Part shown: in pieces, positions 39,842-60,226 of the stretch
How positions within the stretch are numbered: position 1 is the first letter of the stretch
Layout: each line of letters starts with the position of its first letter
Source of the DNA: the human T2T-CHM13v2.0 reference genome, Homo sapiens
Length of the DNA stretch: 64,000 bases
NCBI RefSeq assembly: GCF_009914755.1
Contig: NC_060942.1
Strand: one strand, 5' to 3'
Program-made: the position numbers and the translations under genes
Notes under the pieces: generated by a model
Told to the model about the DNA's origin: nothing
What the model saw: the letters and a program-made list of their open reading frames with translations, nothing else
Database searches by the model: none

Positions 39842-40016
39842 TAGTAGAGACGGGGTTTCTCCATGTTGGTCAGGCTGGTCTCAAACTCCGGACCTCAGGT
39901 GATCTGCCCACCTCGGCCTCCCAAAGTGCTGGGATTACAGGCGTGAGCCACCGCACCTGGCCTCTTTTTTTTAATATAGGCATTTACAGCTATAAATTTC
40001 CTTCTAATTACTTTAG

Positions 40017-40208
<192 letters not shown>

Positions 40209-40779
40209 TGAATAGCTGGGATTACAGGCGCCCACCACCACACGTGGCTAATTTTTTTGTATTTTTTAGTAGAGACAGAGTTTTGCCACATTGGCCAGAC
40301 TGGTCCCAAACTCCTGACCTCAAGTGATCCGCCTGCCTCGGTCTCCCAAAGTGTTGGAATTACAGGCGTCAGCCACCGCATCCAACCTAATTTTCATTTA
40401 TTTTAAAGTTGTATACAATTTCCTTTGTGATGTCTTTGATCCATTGGTTATTTAGGAATGTGTTATTTTTCATAAATTTGTGAATTTCTTAAATTTTCTT
40501 CTGTTATTGATTGTTCATTTGAGTCTCTTGAGTTTAGATAATGTATTTTATATGATTTTAGTTCTTTGAAGTTTATTGAGGCTTGTTTTATGGCCTAACA
40601 TATAGTCTATCCTGGAGAATCTCCCTGGTGCCCTTGAAAAGAATGTATATTCTGCTTTTGTTGGTGAATATTCTACTGACGTCTTAGGCTTAGTTAGTTT
40701 ACAGTGTTGTTCAAGTCTTTTATTTCTTTATTGATGTTCTCCCTGGTTGTTCTATTCATTATTGAAAGTGGGGTATTGA

Positions 40780-41222
<443 letters not shown>

Positions 41223-41724
41223 TGATCCGCCCACCTCGGCCTCCCAAAGTCCTGGGATTACAGGCGTGAGCCACCGTGCCCGGCCTAGAGTCTATTTCTT
41301 CTGAGATTAGGATGGCCACTCCATCTCTCTCTGGCTACTATTTATATGGCTATAAAATTTTGCCATGCAGAAATTATTTATTTTTTGTAACTGAATTTAT
41401 CAGTCTTTTGTTTATGGCTTCTGCATTTTGATTAATAATTTGGCCTCTTCCATATCAAGGTGATAATTAATTCTTCCATATTTTCTATTATCTTTATATT
41501 TTCAGAGTCTAAGTTTATATCTTTGGTCCATTTGATTTTTTTTTTGACACCTGGTGTAAGATGTTGGTACAACTTTATTTTTTTCCTATGTACATAATTG
41601 CCTCAATATAACTTACTGAATGGTTAACTTAGGTTGATTGGCATCTTTTTGACATTGAATATTTCTGCTCAGAAGCATGGTATGTCTTCGTATTTGTTCA
41701 GGTGTATATTCATGATTTTCGTAA

Positions 41725-42106
<382 letters not shown>

Positions 42107-42650
42107 TAAACCACCACCATGACCTATCACCCAGTTTCAGTACTTATGAACACATAGTGATTATTATTTAATCTAACTTCCTCCTTCAATATGTTAAGAC
42201 AAATCCCAGATACTATGTCCAGAAATATTATGACGTTTTCTTCATGTAGTTGCATACATTTCTTATTAAGCTTATTCATAGGCATTTTATTTAACTATGG
42301 ATTGTTGTTTATATATATGAAGATTTATTTCTGTAGATTAACTTTGTACCTTCTGATTTTTAAAACATTATTCTGTACCAATTTGAATTCATTGTTTTAA
42401 AAATATAAGATGAATTATCACTCTTCAAATTAGGGATATGCTAAAATTATAGGTATAAACTAGTATAGAAAGCTGCTAATCTTCCAAACAATATGACTGT
42501 GGCCTGAAACATAATGACAGATCTGTGTAAGAGCATAGCAAACTTAACTCGGATTCTTGTCCTGTAAGGCTCTGTTAAGACATGAAAAACTGGGGTCATC
42601 TTCAGTTTCCCACAACTTTGTAATGTTGTGTGTGCACTGGGTCCTTCCAG

Positions 42651-42671
42651 CAGACCTTAAATCACTCACAG
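42651..42671 (+). CDS. GREB1L: Candidate microexon, 21 nt (18 nt via the second AG): (A)DLKSLT
   Basis: ccttccag|cag NAGNAG acceptor; consensus CAG|gtgagt donor; frame- and phase-preserving. Confidence 0.4.
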
Positions 42672-43173
42672 GTGAGTAAGTCAGGCCCTTAGAGAAGCAT
42701 GTTAACTCATCCAAGCCAGTGGGGGACCATTTCATTCTTTTGAGTTCTGTTGAGAAACAATGATTAGATGAATCAGGAATCATGTTGTGGGATGAATAAT
42801 TTTCTAGGTAATTTCTAAGGGAGCACCATTAGTAAGTATCCTGTTCCTTAGAGCATGCTCTCAGACTCTCAGAGAGGTTTGACAGTCCCTTTTGACACTT
42901 TCCTGTGTTAATCGATCTAGCTGTTCTGCTGGAGTAGTCAGGGATTTGGGGTCTCTACTCATTTAGAAAAACTCTAATTGGCTTGAATCTTTCTCTCTTC
43001 CACAGCCTGTCTCTGAAATAGAATGTGGTTTTCTGGGCTGAATTATTTTCTTAATCCAAAGAGCTTTCTTTTGGATGTTCCTGGCATTGCAGTAAATTAA
43101 TTCTAATTTATTAAAAGAAAAAAAAAACTAAAGCAACTTTCTTTCAGAGAAAAATGCTTTCTCCTACATTTCA

Positions 43174-43651
<478 letters not shown>

Positions 43652-44007
43652 GGCTTTGAGGGGGTCTGTGGAGACCACCTCCACAGTTAACTTTGACTAG
43701 GTTAAATGGCTGCTGCTATTTAAGGTAGTAATACTTACCTCACAACACTGTTACACGAATTAACTGAATTAATATATTTAAAGTGCTTAAAATAGCATGC
43801 ATCACGTGGTAACTTCTAGTGAGTGTTTGTTAAATAAGTAAAAAATTAAAAACCAGTCCACATAGAAATGGACTTTTTAAAATGTCAGAATAGTTCAAGG
43901 AAAGGACTGAAATTCTATAATCTCCTTTTTCTCAACTCTTGTTGAATTAACTTCCTTCCTGCATATATAAATAGTTGCTAATTTAAACAAACTCTTTCAT
44001 TTTAAAG

Positions 44008-44136
44008 ATTCGCCGATTCTCAGTCCAGCTAATTCTGCAATCAATTTAAGTGGAGCTCAGGACCTGACCCGGAATAAGAATGTTGTGAAACCACTGGCTT
44101 TATCTTTGCAGGTTGTAGGGAAGACTTTTGCTGCAG
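44008..44136 (+). CDS. GREB1L: Candidate alternative cassette exon, 129 nt, phase 1-1: (D)SPILSPANSAINLSGAQDLTRNKNVVKPLALSLQVVGKTFAA
   Basis: ctctttcattttaaag acceptor; GCAG|gtgatg donor; 43 codons open in the host frame; unique sequence retaining CpGs. Confidence 0.65.
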
Positions 44137-44371
44137 GTGATGTTTTCCTCACTTATATATCTTTGGTAAATACATAGTCCATAAAAGACTTGTGTGACAT
44201 TTAATTGACAAATTGATAGAAGAAAACAGAAGCTGCCTCTCCCTGCCAGTTGAAGAGAGAAGTGTGGCTGTCTATAATAATGTACTAGTGTATGAAGCTT
44301 TATGTTCTCTGCCTTCCAACCAGAAGAGTCAGGGAATGACACTTGTTACTTGGAAGTGACATAACAATCTG

Positions 44372-45410
44372 ATTCCATTTAACAAACATTTCTTGGGCAC
44401 CTGCTATAACTAGGAACTGGGAATACAAAGATAAGGTTCAATCCCTGACCCCCCAACTTCCTTGTGATCTAGTGGGGGAGACAGACCTCTGATAAGATAT
44501 TTTCAGTGTACTGTAGCAAATATGGCAATGTACAGAAGAACGCAGAGCAAAGGGTTTTAGCCCAGCATTGTAGGAGTAATTAAGAGTAAGTTCTCAGAGG
44601 AGCCTGGTCTTTGACAATGAGGAGATCTTCACTGTACAAAGGAGTAGAGGAAAAGCAATTCAGATTCAGGGAACAGCAGAAACAATGGTTAAAAGGAAAA
44701 GAAGGGAAGGGGGAAAAGCAATATGATGTATGCAAGAACTTCCAGCGATTTGGACTTGATAGAACCATAAAATGCAAAGCTCAAAAAGTGGCAAGAGGTG
44801 AGTGGGTGGTGGTTAAGGGAAAAGTTATAGGCAGCCAGCCTAAGAAATGTGGATTTCACTCTATAACTTATAGAGCAGAGGAATGGCATGGTTTGATTTG
44901 AACTTGAGCTAGATCATTTTGGCTGTAATGCGTAAGAAGAAGACGAGATAGGAAAACTAGTTGGAGGTCATTTCAGTCGTCTCGGTGACAAATGATGAGG
45001 TCCTTGGCTAGAATGATAACAGGTTGCAGAAGAGAGGACAAATTAGAGAACTACTCGGGAAGTGAAACTAGCAGGAATTAGCTGATTAACGTGAGCATCA
45101 AGGAGAAGAAGGGGTCTCAATAGACATTCATCTTTCTGGGCTTATGGTGATTGCCATCATCTGAGACAGGGATACAGAAGGAGGATCAGGTTCTCCAGTG
45201 GGAGATTGAGAGTTCAATTTTAGAAATGCTGAGTTTGAGATTCCTATAAGACATCCATGTGGAGCTGTTCAACAGCCATTTAATTTATCATAGGGATAAT
45301 TCAGGACTGATGGTATAGAGTAGAGCCACCAACATATAGTTAAAGTCATCAGGGTAAATACTATAAGCCAAGGAGAGATGTAGGCTGAGGCAAGCTGTGA
45401 ACAAAAGATA
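44372..45410 (-). mobile_element. L2 remnant
   Basis: catttaacaaacatt..ggcacctgct L2 3' end; purine-rich L2 body (gagttcaattttagaaatgctgagtttgag). Confidence 0.7.
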
Positions 45411-45417
45411 GGCTTCA

Positions 45418-46291
<874 letters not shown>

Positions 46292-46429
46292 ATTTTTGGA
46301 AATTTTTCAACAGTTAGGCATCATACTTTACACAGCCCACTTTTGTTCTTACTCAGGTCCAACAATTCTTGCAGGATCTATCTTCTGGTTGGATTACAGA
46401 CTTTGAACAATGGAATCAAGTTTTTACAG

Positions 46430-48290
<1,861 letters not shown>

Positions 48291-48558
48291 AGTGTATATA
48301 AGAATTTTTTTCCCTTCCTCCCACCCATCATCTCCAAAGACTTCACTGAAACTGATTCCAGAAGATCTCTTGGGGTCCTAGGAAATTGTTTCTAAGTGAC
48401 ATTTAATTTTAATGAAGATCTTCCTCTGACAGTTGCAGTTGGTTTTGTATAACTGGACTGAGTCCTATCCGTGAGGTTTCTTGGAATCCTAGAGTGTGAG
48501 GTCTATCAGATGGTTCCAGCATCCCAGAAAGCAGTGCCCCGCCCAGCCTCTGTTCTGA

Positions 48559-48792
<234 letters not shown>

Positions 48793-49288
48793 TAGAGTTT
48801 TTTCTCAGTTCGTCATACAGTGTTTTGAAAGTTTGTAATTGGTGTGAACAGTAATGAGTAAATATCTTGGGATTCTATGTGGATGACCTAACTGGGAAAT
48901 AATGTTGAAACAAATGTATAAGGAAGTGTCTTGAAAAACCATGGGTTTAGCTGATTAAAGTACAGGATTCAAAGTTCTCTGTTGTGTGATCCTGAACAAA
49001 TCTGAACTTTCCTTTCTCCTTTTACAAAATGGGTATAACAACAATATTTGCCCTACAACTCCACAAGGTTGTGGGTAGAATCAAATGAAATAACCTACAT
49101 AAACTTGGGAACTGTAAAACAACATACAGATGTTAAGTGGCTGTTATTGTAATGTTAGGTTACTAATGTGGCTTTTTTTTAAACTTTACCTCTAAAGGAG
49201 TGATTTAGACTTTCTGAGTATAATCAAATTAAAGGTTCTGTATTACTTATATTACTCTGGCGTTCTTTCCTTTCTTCCACATGGCTGA

Positions 49289-49477
<189 letters not shown>

Positions 49478-50422
49478 TAAGTGTGTTTTTAATTAGCAGA
49501 GATATCTTCTACTTCCATTCTTTCCCTGAATTCTTGACAATGAGTTATATGAGGATATTGATAGTAGCTAATGTTTTGTCCCGATCACATTTGCCTTCCC
49601 TACATGCACAAGATCATTACAACTGATCTGAATTCAACCTTTGGCTTAATTTCAACCCATAGCATTGAAAAGCCATTCGTTATATGGGACACAATGCTAC
49701 CAACCCACCATCATAGAGCATATATGGACTTGTTTTGCTAGTAGTGGTGTTAGATTTTCCCTGCTGTTATCTGGTTCTTTATGTGACCCACGCTTATTAT
49801 TTCTGACCTGGATGGTTCAGTCTGTGGCTAGAAACCTGAAAAACCAAAACCAACTGGCTCTCTTTCAGAACACCTAACTGTAGCCATTTGGTATCCACAG
49901 TTCAAACATTTGTCTACCTTGCTGAACAAACCACAGACAATTGTAAATATACTGGTTTTAAGACATAAATGAGTTATTTAAATGTTTGTTTAAATAAATA
50001 GTTTTAAAGACTACATAGACATCTTATATACACAAATAATTATGCCAGTCTGTCACTATGGTTGCTTGTAGGTAGTACTGGTTAATGATGAGTTCATCCT
50101 TCTTCACACTTTTCTATACCTTTCAAAATGTATGTAATGAACAGATATATGCCTTTGATAATCTTGGGGGGAAAGCTAAGATACCAAACAGGATCCAAAA
50201 TATTGCATATGGAAAAAACAACTGGAAGGAAAATCAGCAAAATGCTAAATAGTAGTTGTAGCCACATGTTATGATTATGGTTAATTTTTTTTCTCCTTTT
50301 GTTTTTTTCACTTATCACTTTACACAATAAACCTAATGAAAAACACAACAAACCATTAGATTTCTAATGCTTCTCTGTTAAAAGTATTAAAACTGCATTG
50401 CTTTCTATTGTATTTCATTTAG

Positions 50423-50755
<333 letters not shown>

Positions 50756-51959
50756 TGATTAGGAGCTGAGGATAAGGCAAAGTCTTTTTGCCCTCAAGGA
50801 GCACTGTTTAGTGGGGGAGTCTCACCTCGCATGAGCCACCAGCGTTGGTAAATAAGCATTACAACACATGGGCGATACCATTATAGCACACTGTGACATG
50901 TGAGCTCCTTAGAGGTTCACAACCAGGAGCAACCAGAACTCAGAGCTCTGAGAGAGGGCTTACCTCTGCCTGGAGGGATCTGAGAAGACTTCCCAGAGGT
51001 GTTGGTTAAGCTGGGTCCTGAAGGTTGGTCAAAGTGGACAAGGTCAGGGAGGAGACATTCCAGTCAAAGGGAGCCAAACCACAAAGAAATGAAACAAGCC
51101 AAGCCAGCTGAAAGACCCTACTCAAGAGAACCAAGAGGCCCTACAGTTGCAGGTCTGAACCTTAGCATCTTTGAGGAGGCTGAGTCCTTCCAGGTGGTCT
51201 ACAAGTGGAGGTATAGACATTTAGGGGTCCCTACATTCCAGGACTAACTTAGTGCTTTTCATACCCATTTCAGGAGACTCCTTGGTTTAGGGCTGGCCTA
51301 GGCCAGAAGGAGACTGCTTGCTCTACCTTAAGGACAAAATAGATAGGGTGTTTAAGTTCCCCACATCTTTAGGGTGTGTTTACATGCAGTGTTATTTGCT
51401 TTTTGGGTTGGCCTGAGCCTGCCTAATTGGATGGTTTTGCTTGGAGTCATGTCCTTTACCTGGTTGCTTTATCTGCTAATCCTAGATCTGTAGGTACTGA
51501 GGGGATCCCAGTTGCTTAAATGCTGTATAGATTAGGAAGCTCTTTTTGAACATTAACATAGTGCCACTAAGCTTTGGAAAGATGCATAGAACGTGGGACC
51601 CTTTGGTCCTTTGGTGCCTGCCTTTTAGAAAGTCTCACAGAGGGACTATCCTCTCCATCAACCACCAAAACAGAGCATATTTTGGACATATTTTATCCTA
51701 TCTATTTCAAAACAATTTGAGACTGTTTACTGACATTTAGGAAGACAACCTCACAAAAATAGCTAAGATAACAAAGGAACAGGGATCTCCAAGCACCTGA
51801 AACTAGAAGAATCTTGCTATTAATCAATGAATTTAGCTTACTTTTTTTTTTTTTTTTTAAAGAAAATCTCAGGAATATCTCCAGGTGGATAGTGTCAGAA
51901 AGGAAAGGAAAGGGGAAAGGAAAGGAAATCTCAGGAAGTGAAACATGTATTGTCATTTG

Positions 51960-52569
51960 TTTCTGTTTTTGTTTTTTGTCATTGTTTTTTGAGACAGAGT
52001 CTTGCTCTGTCACTCAGGCTGGAGTGCAGTGGCACAATCTCTGCTCACTGCAAGCTCCGCCTCCTGGGTTCAAGTGATTCTTCTGCCTCCTGAGTAGCTG
52101 AGATTACGAGCGTGCACCACCACGCTCAGCCTAGTTTTGTATTTTTAGTAGAGATGGGGTTTCATCATGTTGGCCAGGCTGGTCTCAACTCCTGACCTCA
52201 AGCAATCTGCCTGCCTCAGCCTCCCAAAGTGCTGGGATTATAGGCGTGAGCTGCACCCCACCTGGCCAGTGTTTTTTGTTTTTGAGACGGAGTCTCTCTC
52301 TGTGGCTCAGGCGGGAGTGCAGTGGCGCGATCTCGGCTCACTGCAACCTCTGCCTCCTGGGTTCAAGCGATTCTCCTGCCTCAGCCTCCCATGTAGTTGC
52401 ATGCCACCATGCCTGGCTAATTTTTGTACTTTTAGTAGAGGCTGGGTTTCGCCTCTACTAAAGGTGAAAATGTTGGCCAGGCTGGTCTCAAACTCCCGAC
52501 CTCAGGTGATCCACCCGCCTGGGCCTCCCAAAGTGCGGGGATTATAGGCGTGAGCCACCTTGCCCAGCC
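51960..52569 (-). mobile_element. Two tandem antisense AluS
   Basis: Alu consensus; tattgtcatttgttt flanks both sides. Confidence 0.88.
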
Positions 52570-52748
52570 ATATTGTCATTTGTTTGTTTTCTGATTTCTT
52601 ATCTGAAAATAAACTTGATCAGGGACTTTATCAGAAATATTTTATCATTGCAGTTTTACAGAGGATACAGACATGTTTTGCAAACTCATCAGTCTTCCAG
52701 CAAAATATTAACATGTTCCTTCCATGAGAAACAGAGATAATATGAGTA

Positions 52749-53071
52749 CAGTTGTCCCTTAGTATCCCTGGGGGATTGATTCCAGGCCCCGTCCCATATC
52801 AAATCGAATATCCTCAAGTCCCTCATATAAAATGGCACAGTATTTGCATATAACCTATGCACATCCTCCCATATACATTAAACCACCTCTCCATTGCTTG
52901 TAATACTTAATACAGTGCCTACACATCACGTCATTCACATGAATTCAGTGTACTACTCAGCCCACAGCAAATTCAAGTTTCACTTCTTGGAACTTTGTGG
53001 AATTTTTTCTTCTGACTATTTCAGTCCACGGTTGATTGAACGTGGAACCCACAGACATAGAGGGCCAACTG
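52749..53071. mobile_element. MER2B-like MITE with TIRs and TA TSD
   Basis: TA-cagttgtccct ... agggccaactg-TA; internal similarity to 27314-27570. Confidence 0.85.
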
Positions 53072-53267
53072 TATTTTCTTTCCTGTTCATTTAACTTAAT
53101 ATAAGGATAGAATTTGGAGCATCCAAGTGAATTCCCTGGGATTGATATGTTTGAGTGATTTGTTTGGTAGCTATCTCAGAGGGCAGGGAATTTTGTTAAG
53201 CAGCTTTGATCGTCGTTGAGCAAGTGTACCTGGTTGGACCATAAAAAGAAATGTTGAACTGTACTGA

Positions 53268-53501
<234 letters not shown>

Positions 53502-54233
53502 TGACTACTTTTGAGGATTTTTTGTGATGTACTTTTTCTTTCTTTCTCACATTTATCCTCCTATCTCTTATTTTCCCTCTTTCGCTTCTAATGTTCTTTC
53601 CCTTCAACCCCATTCTCTGTAACTTTTCCCTTTCCTCTCCTTCATTTCTTTTCTACTCCTTTCCTTTCCTCTTCTTTGGGTCCTAGAGGAGATGAATTGC
53701 ACCACCTAGTGTCCAGTCTCATGATGCTGCAAAGGTCTCCAAAGTAGTTAAGGTAGGCAGAACCTTAAAGGGTTGTGCCTTGAGCACCCCTTCTCTGGGG
53801 AGCTTGGCCAGGCCACCTTTCTGAAAGTGCACCTACCATCTGGAGTGCAAACACAGCCATTGTCTTAAACAATTATTTTCCAGTTTTCCACTTAGCCTTT
53901 TTATCTTGTTTATCCACTGGCCCTACACCCATTTTTTTTCTTCTCCAGCTACACCCCTTTGATGGAGTCCCATCGTGCTTTCCATCATTGAGGTCATAAC
54001 TGTGGACCTCCCTGGAAGGTCTTTAAGCTATAGGGTAAGGGGGATATGTAGGTCATGAACCCTTCACTTCCTCTATCTGATATATTCTCCGAAGCCCCAA
54101 AGTGGGTGTATGCAGGTGCCCTGACAATACTAGAGTGGCTTAGCAGCATTTACATCGAAATGTCCTTTATTTTGCAAATGGCAGTAGGCCATCTAATTAT
54201 ACACTCACTCTATCACTTCAAGCCACTGATTTA

Positions 54234-54570
<337 letters not shown>

Positions 54571-55021
54571 ATTTGAGATGTAAAATTACACATAAAAATA
54601 TTAGTATGCACTCTTGTGAAATTTTTTAATTTTAGAAAATACTTCAGTGTTAGGAGATAATAAAAACACTGGACTAAATAACTTTAAAAGAAAGAAAAAA
54701 GCTTTATTAGGGCATATTCAGTGTTTGGTGCATTAGCTAGCAATCTTGACTAGAACTCTGTGCCCTGAGAGGCTGCCTTGACTTGGCCTCTGCTTCGACA
54801 TGGCCTTTTGAAATTTACAAGGCACCAATTTCATGATAAACCTAGGACTTACTAATGATGCTTATTGAAAGGTAATACAATTATAAAGCTCATCTGGGTC
54901 CACAGCTCATTTGATGACATAATTTTAATTGCTACATACTGAAATTAGATTATAGACTGTGTTCTAAGATCTAAAGCCAACTTCTAAATGCACCCAGAAT
55001 TAGTAAAACCAGGCTTCATAA

Positions 55022-55424
<403 letters not shown>

Positions 55425-56199
55425 TAATTTAATTAAATGAACCAAGTGGTCAAAATAAGATATCTTTTCTTAAAGTACTAAATGCTCTTATCTTTTGTAA
55501 AGAAAAAGAAAAGAAAAGAAAAAAAGAAACAATTTCAATTTAATTACACAGATTCTTCTCTGACCTGCAGGATCAGTTCTTTCCTGAATTTGACTTGCAG
55601 TCAATCAGTTAGGCCTCTCGATATACATGAATAGCTATTTCTCTTTTAAAACCTAAGCTTTGTACATTGAGACATCTCTATCCCTCAACAACTGTTCTGG
55701 AGTCCTTTATTTATTTATTATTTATTTATTTCTTTATTTCTTGCCTCTGGAGGTTTCAAGAAGGCAAGCAAGAATAGTTTCACATATGGCATAGATTATA
55801 GACATTTAAAAAAATAAATCTAAACTTCTAAAAGGATTTTTAATACTTCAGCGGCTCAGTTACTTAGAGGTATCAGAGAAGAAGAAAAGCAAGATTCTTC
55901 AGAAGGAACCATACCTCTTCACTACAGTCACTTTTAAAAAATCTCAGTCATTTCACAGTCAGAAAATCTTTGAAGTAGATAATGAAATCAGCAAATCCAG
56001 AGATTCTTGTAAGGCTCTGAGTCTATTTAAACCTTGACTTTTCCTATTAAGGTAGTTCTTTCTGAAAAGTCATTAAAACTGATACCTCAGCTAACCTAAG
56101 TTATTGGAGATCAGCACTTGAAGGAAAAGATTATTGTTATCAAGCTTGCGAAAGTGGAGAAAAGACACCTGCAATGTAATTGTAAAGGCTGAGGATGAG

Positions 56200-56380
56200 G
56201 TACTGGGTGTGGTGGCTCACGCTTGTAATCTCAGCACCTTGGGAGGCTGAGGCAGAAGGATCACTTGAGCCCAGAAGTTCAGAACTGCAGTGAGCTATGA
56301 TTGTGCCACTGTACTCCAGCCTGGCAGACAGACAGAGACCCTGTCTCTAATTAAAAAAATTTAAAAAAAAAATTTTTTTA
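56200..56380 (+). mobile_element. Free Alu monomer (FRAM/FAM-like) with TSD aaaggctgaggatga
   Basis: Single arm; direct repeat at 56184-56198 and 56381-56395. Confidence 0.8.
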
Positions 56381-56944
56381 AAAGGCTGAGGATGAAAAAG
56401 TGATAGTTGATTTTTGGAAGCAAGGCATTTTACTCTAAGAAGTCTCTTACCTCATTTAAACTTAATACCTTTTCCTCCACTTCTTGATTCCTAATTGTAC
56501 ATCAGTCAAAACTGTATAAAAGCGAGCTTTAAGGCAACAAAGGATGTTGTGAACATGTTTAGTAATTTTATTTTCCCAGAATGCCTTTGTGCTTTCAATT
56601 AATTATGCCTCCTGATAGAATATGTTACTTAGTCCTGGAGTGAGTCTTATGGACTACTAACCAGGCCCCTGAGCTTTCAGGTTGTTAATGAAAGACGGTA
56701 GGGAATTGGAGACAGCCAGGGCCACCTGCTTTTCAGCTGTCATGTTCTGGTGGAAGAAAGCGTTAAATAAATGACCACCTTCTATCCACTTTGAGCTCAC
56801 TGAAAAGTGTTTACCTAGTGACAATTAACCATGATGCCAATTTGATAAAGCTGAATGAAGATCAGACATCTTGGTGGCTCCTAGGTGATTTTTTTTTAAA
56901 GAGCATCCCTCCACATTCCCAGCAAGTTTTTTGAGGACAGTAGA

Positions 56945-57338
<394 letters not shown>

Positions 57339-58545
57339 CTACTCTCCTACCTCTCCCTGGCCTCCACCCAATCCTGGAAAAACTGTTTTCTCCAATTAAA
57401 ATTGTTGTTTTTATAATGTATAAGATTTTATTTAATTTTCCATATCTGAAGAGCATTACTAAACACCTCATTTTCTTACTTTCCCAGAAAAGATGGGAAG
57501 GGCCAGAGAAACCACTTAGATCCCTATTAGAGGAAGGAATGGGTCTGACTCATTTGTGGTGCCTCCTTCTCATGCAGAAGTCCAGCCCATCACCCCTTTG
57601 TTCTTCCATAAGGGGCTTTTAGCCATGGGTTCTGGGGCTGTTGCTTGGTCTCAGATCACAGACACTGAGGTGTCTGAGCTGGTTTATGGGAGCCTGAGTT
57701 TCAAATATTGGGTTCACACAGCAAAAGAAATGATTGAATAGAGGGAGTGACTGTATTCTCACTGCTTTCAATTTAAACTAAATGTTGAAATCTTAGTTCA
57801 TTTGTGTCATTTGGATACCAAACATTGACTTGCTTATTTTGTTCTAAAGGCTGGTTGAGTTTCTAAAGAGAATAAGGAAGAAAATCCCCCTGATTCCAGG
57901 GGCCACAGGTCAGCAGTATAAGTTTTGCTCCAACTGGTTGGAGAAGAGGGCCAAATGGCATATTTAACAATCCAGAATGCTGGGGAATAACTAGATCATG
58001 AAAGCGTTCTCTATCTGGGAAAAATGTGAGGCTGCCTCCAATATCACTTGGGAGTGAAAAATAATTAAACTTCATTTCCTGCACAGTATTCTCAAAATTA
58101 GGCTTAGAAGCAACACATTAAAATGTTTTCCAAAATGCCTATGACTAAAATGAGAACTGAAACTTAAAATCGGTTATATACCAGTAGGTTGGCTTCTTTT
58201 TTCATTAGTCATTAACAATTTCTATAATGCCAAGCTTAATAGGTCAAGAAATATGCCATGTGCAAGGACCAGCTCCGAGGGCATACAGTGGAATTAATGG
58301 TTTCTCTTGGTACCTCCTCTTTTAAAGAGATCAGGAATACAGAAAAACAGAAGCCTGATTTTTTTTACAAAGATTGAGGCAGAAAGAAAAATAATTTCCA
58401 ACAGGGAATGATTAGTAGGGACTCTATACTTGTGACCACTCCAAGAAAAAGAGGTTATTTTCTAGTTGGAGTATGTATGATGGGCTGAGAAGGACTGCAG
58501 GAAAGCATATGGGTGTGTGTGTCTCTCCTCCCTGTGATTCTTTAA

Positions 58546-58905
<360 letters not shown>

Positions 58906-60058
58906 TAATTTTTTTGTTTTTTGTTTGTTTAATCAATTCATTCGACCATTTTTCCATTTAAAAATGTGTGTTATGTGTTTCAGGCATCCACATAATCAAC
59001 CTCTGATTAATTGCTGGAGCTTGGGCTCATCCTCCTAATTTTAACTTTCCCTTTCCTTCTCAGATCAGGTTTTGTGTAGCCCTCAGTTTGGCTGGTGCCC
59101 CTGTCAGCTGGTTGTGGGAGCATTATTTCAAAGCTCTCCCTAGTAACAGATACCCCTGTCTCATGTAACTGCTGTCCTTTAAAGATTTTGGAAATGTTAC
59201 TACTCTAGCATGTGATAAAGCCAGTGCCACAGGTGGCCTAAGCCAGTTAATCGAATTTGCCAGAAAATTAGCTCATATATTCCCCTTCTCACTGAACAGT
59301 CTATTTAATATTGTAACATAGTCTCTAAAGAAAAGATTCAGAAAGTTGGTACACTACAAAATTGGGGGGTGGGAGGGGATTTTTGTTTGTTTGTTTTGCA
59401 CTGTGCAGATTTTCTATCAGGCACCCTCTTGGGTAGCCATTTGGACTACATTTTGCTTCTCTCTTCTCTGTACTGAATGGCTCTCACCTCTTCCAGCAAA
59501 GAAGCTAAGAAAACCCCCTCACTTTGACAAAACCTGTCTGCCCATTTTTCTGTGCTACATGTATTTCCAGAAAGCTTCATCAGTGTGATACATTAATATT
59601 TTTTCATTTTTATTTGTAAAAAACATGTTTATATTTTTAAAGCAAATTCATTATAACCATGCAAGCACAATTTTTATAAGGTTTTTCATACTCTTCCCTA
59701 GTCTGTTTTTCCCCCATGTTCTCAGCCCCTGGGCATCTGCCCAATTGGCCAGCCCTGGGGCAGCCATGGTGTTGCTCACAGCCCCTGGCGGGGACAGGGA
59801 CCTTCCTTAGTCATTAAACACAAACGTGCATATTTTCAGTTACATAAGGTACATCATTTTGTTCCCCTGATCATCTGTATTATAAACATTTCTGTTTCTG
59901 TCTAGAGTCAGAATTGATATTTCAAATGCTATATAATTGTCCATACCTTTTGATGTGTCATAATTTTCTTAACCCAAGTCCCTATAGTGACATCCTTTGA
60001 TTGTTTCCAATTGTTGCCATTATAAGTAATGTTCCAGCAACATTTGTTCTGTTGATGA

Positions 60059-60226
<168 letters not shown>

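Noticed and set aside
55852-55937. Coding-looking stretch after cttcag (AAQLLRGIREEEKQDSSEGTIPLHYSHF*)
   Set aside because: Weak acceptor, ends in a stop, no convincing donor, and no recognisable homologue by eye; a tBLASTn hit would be needed to revive it
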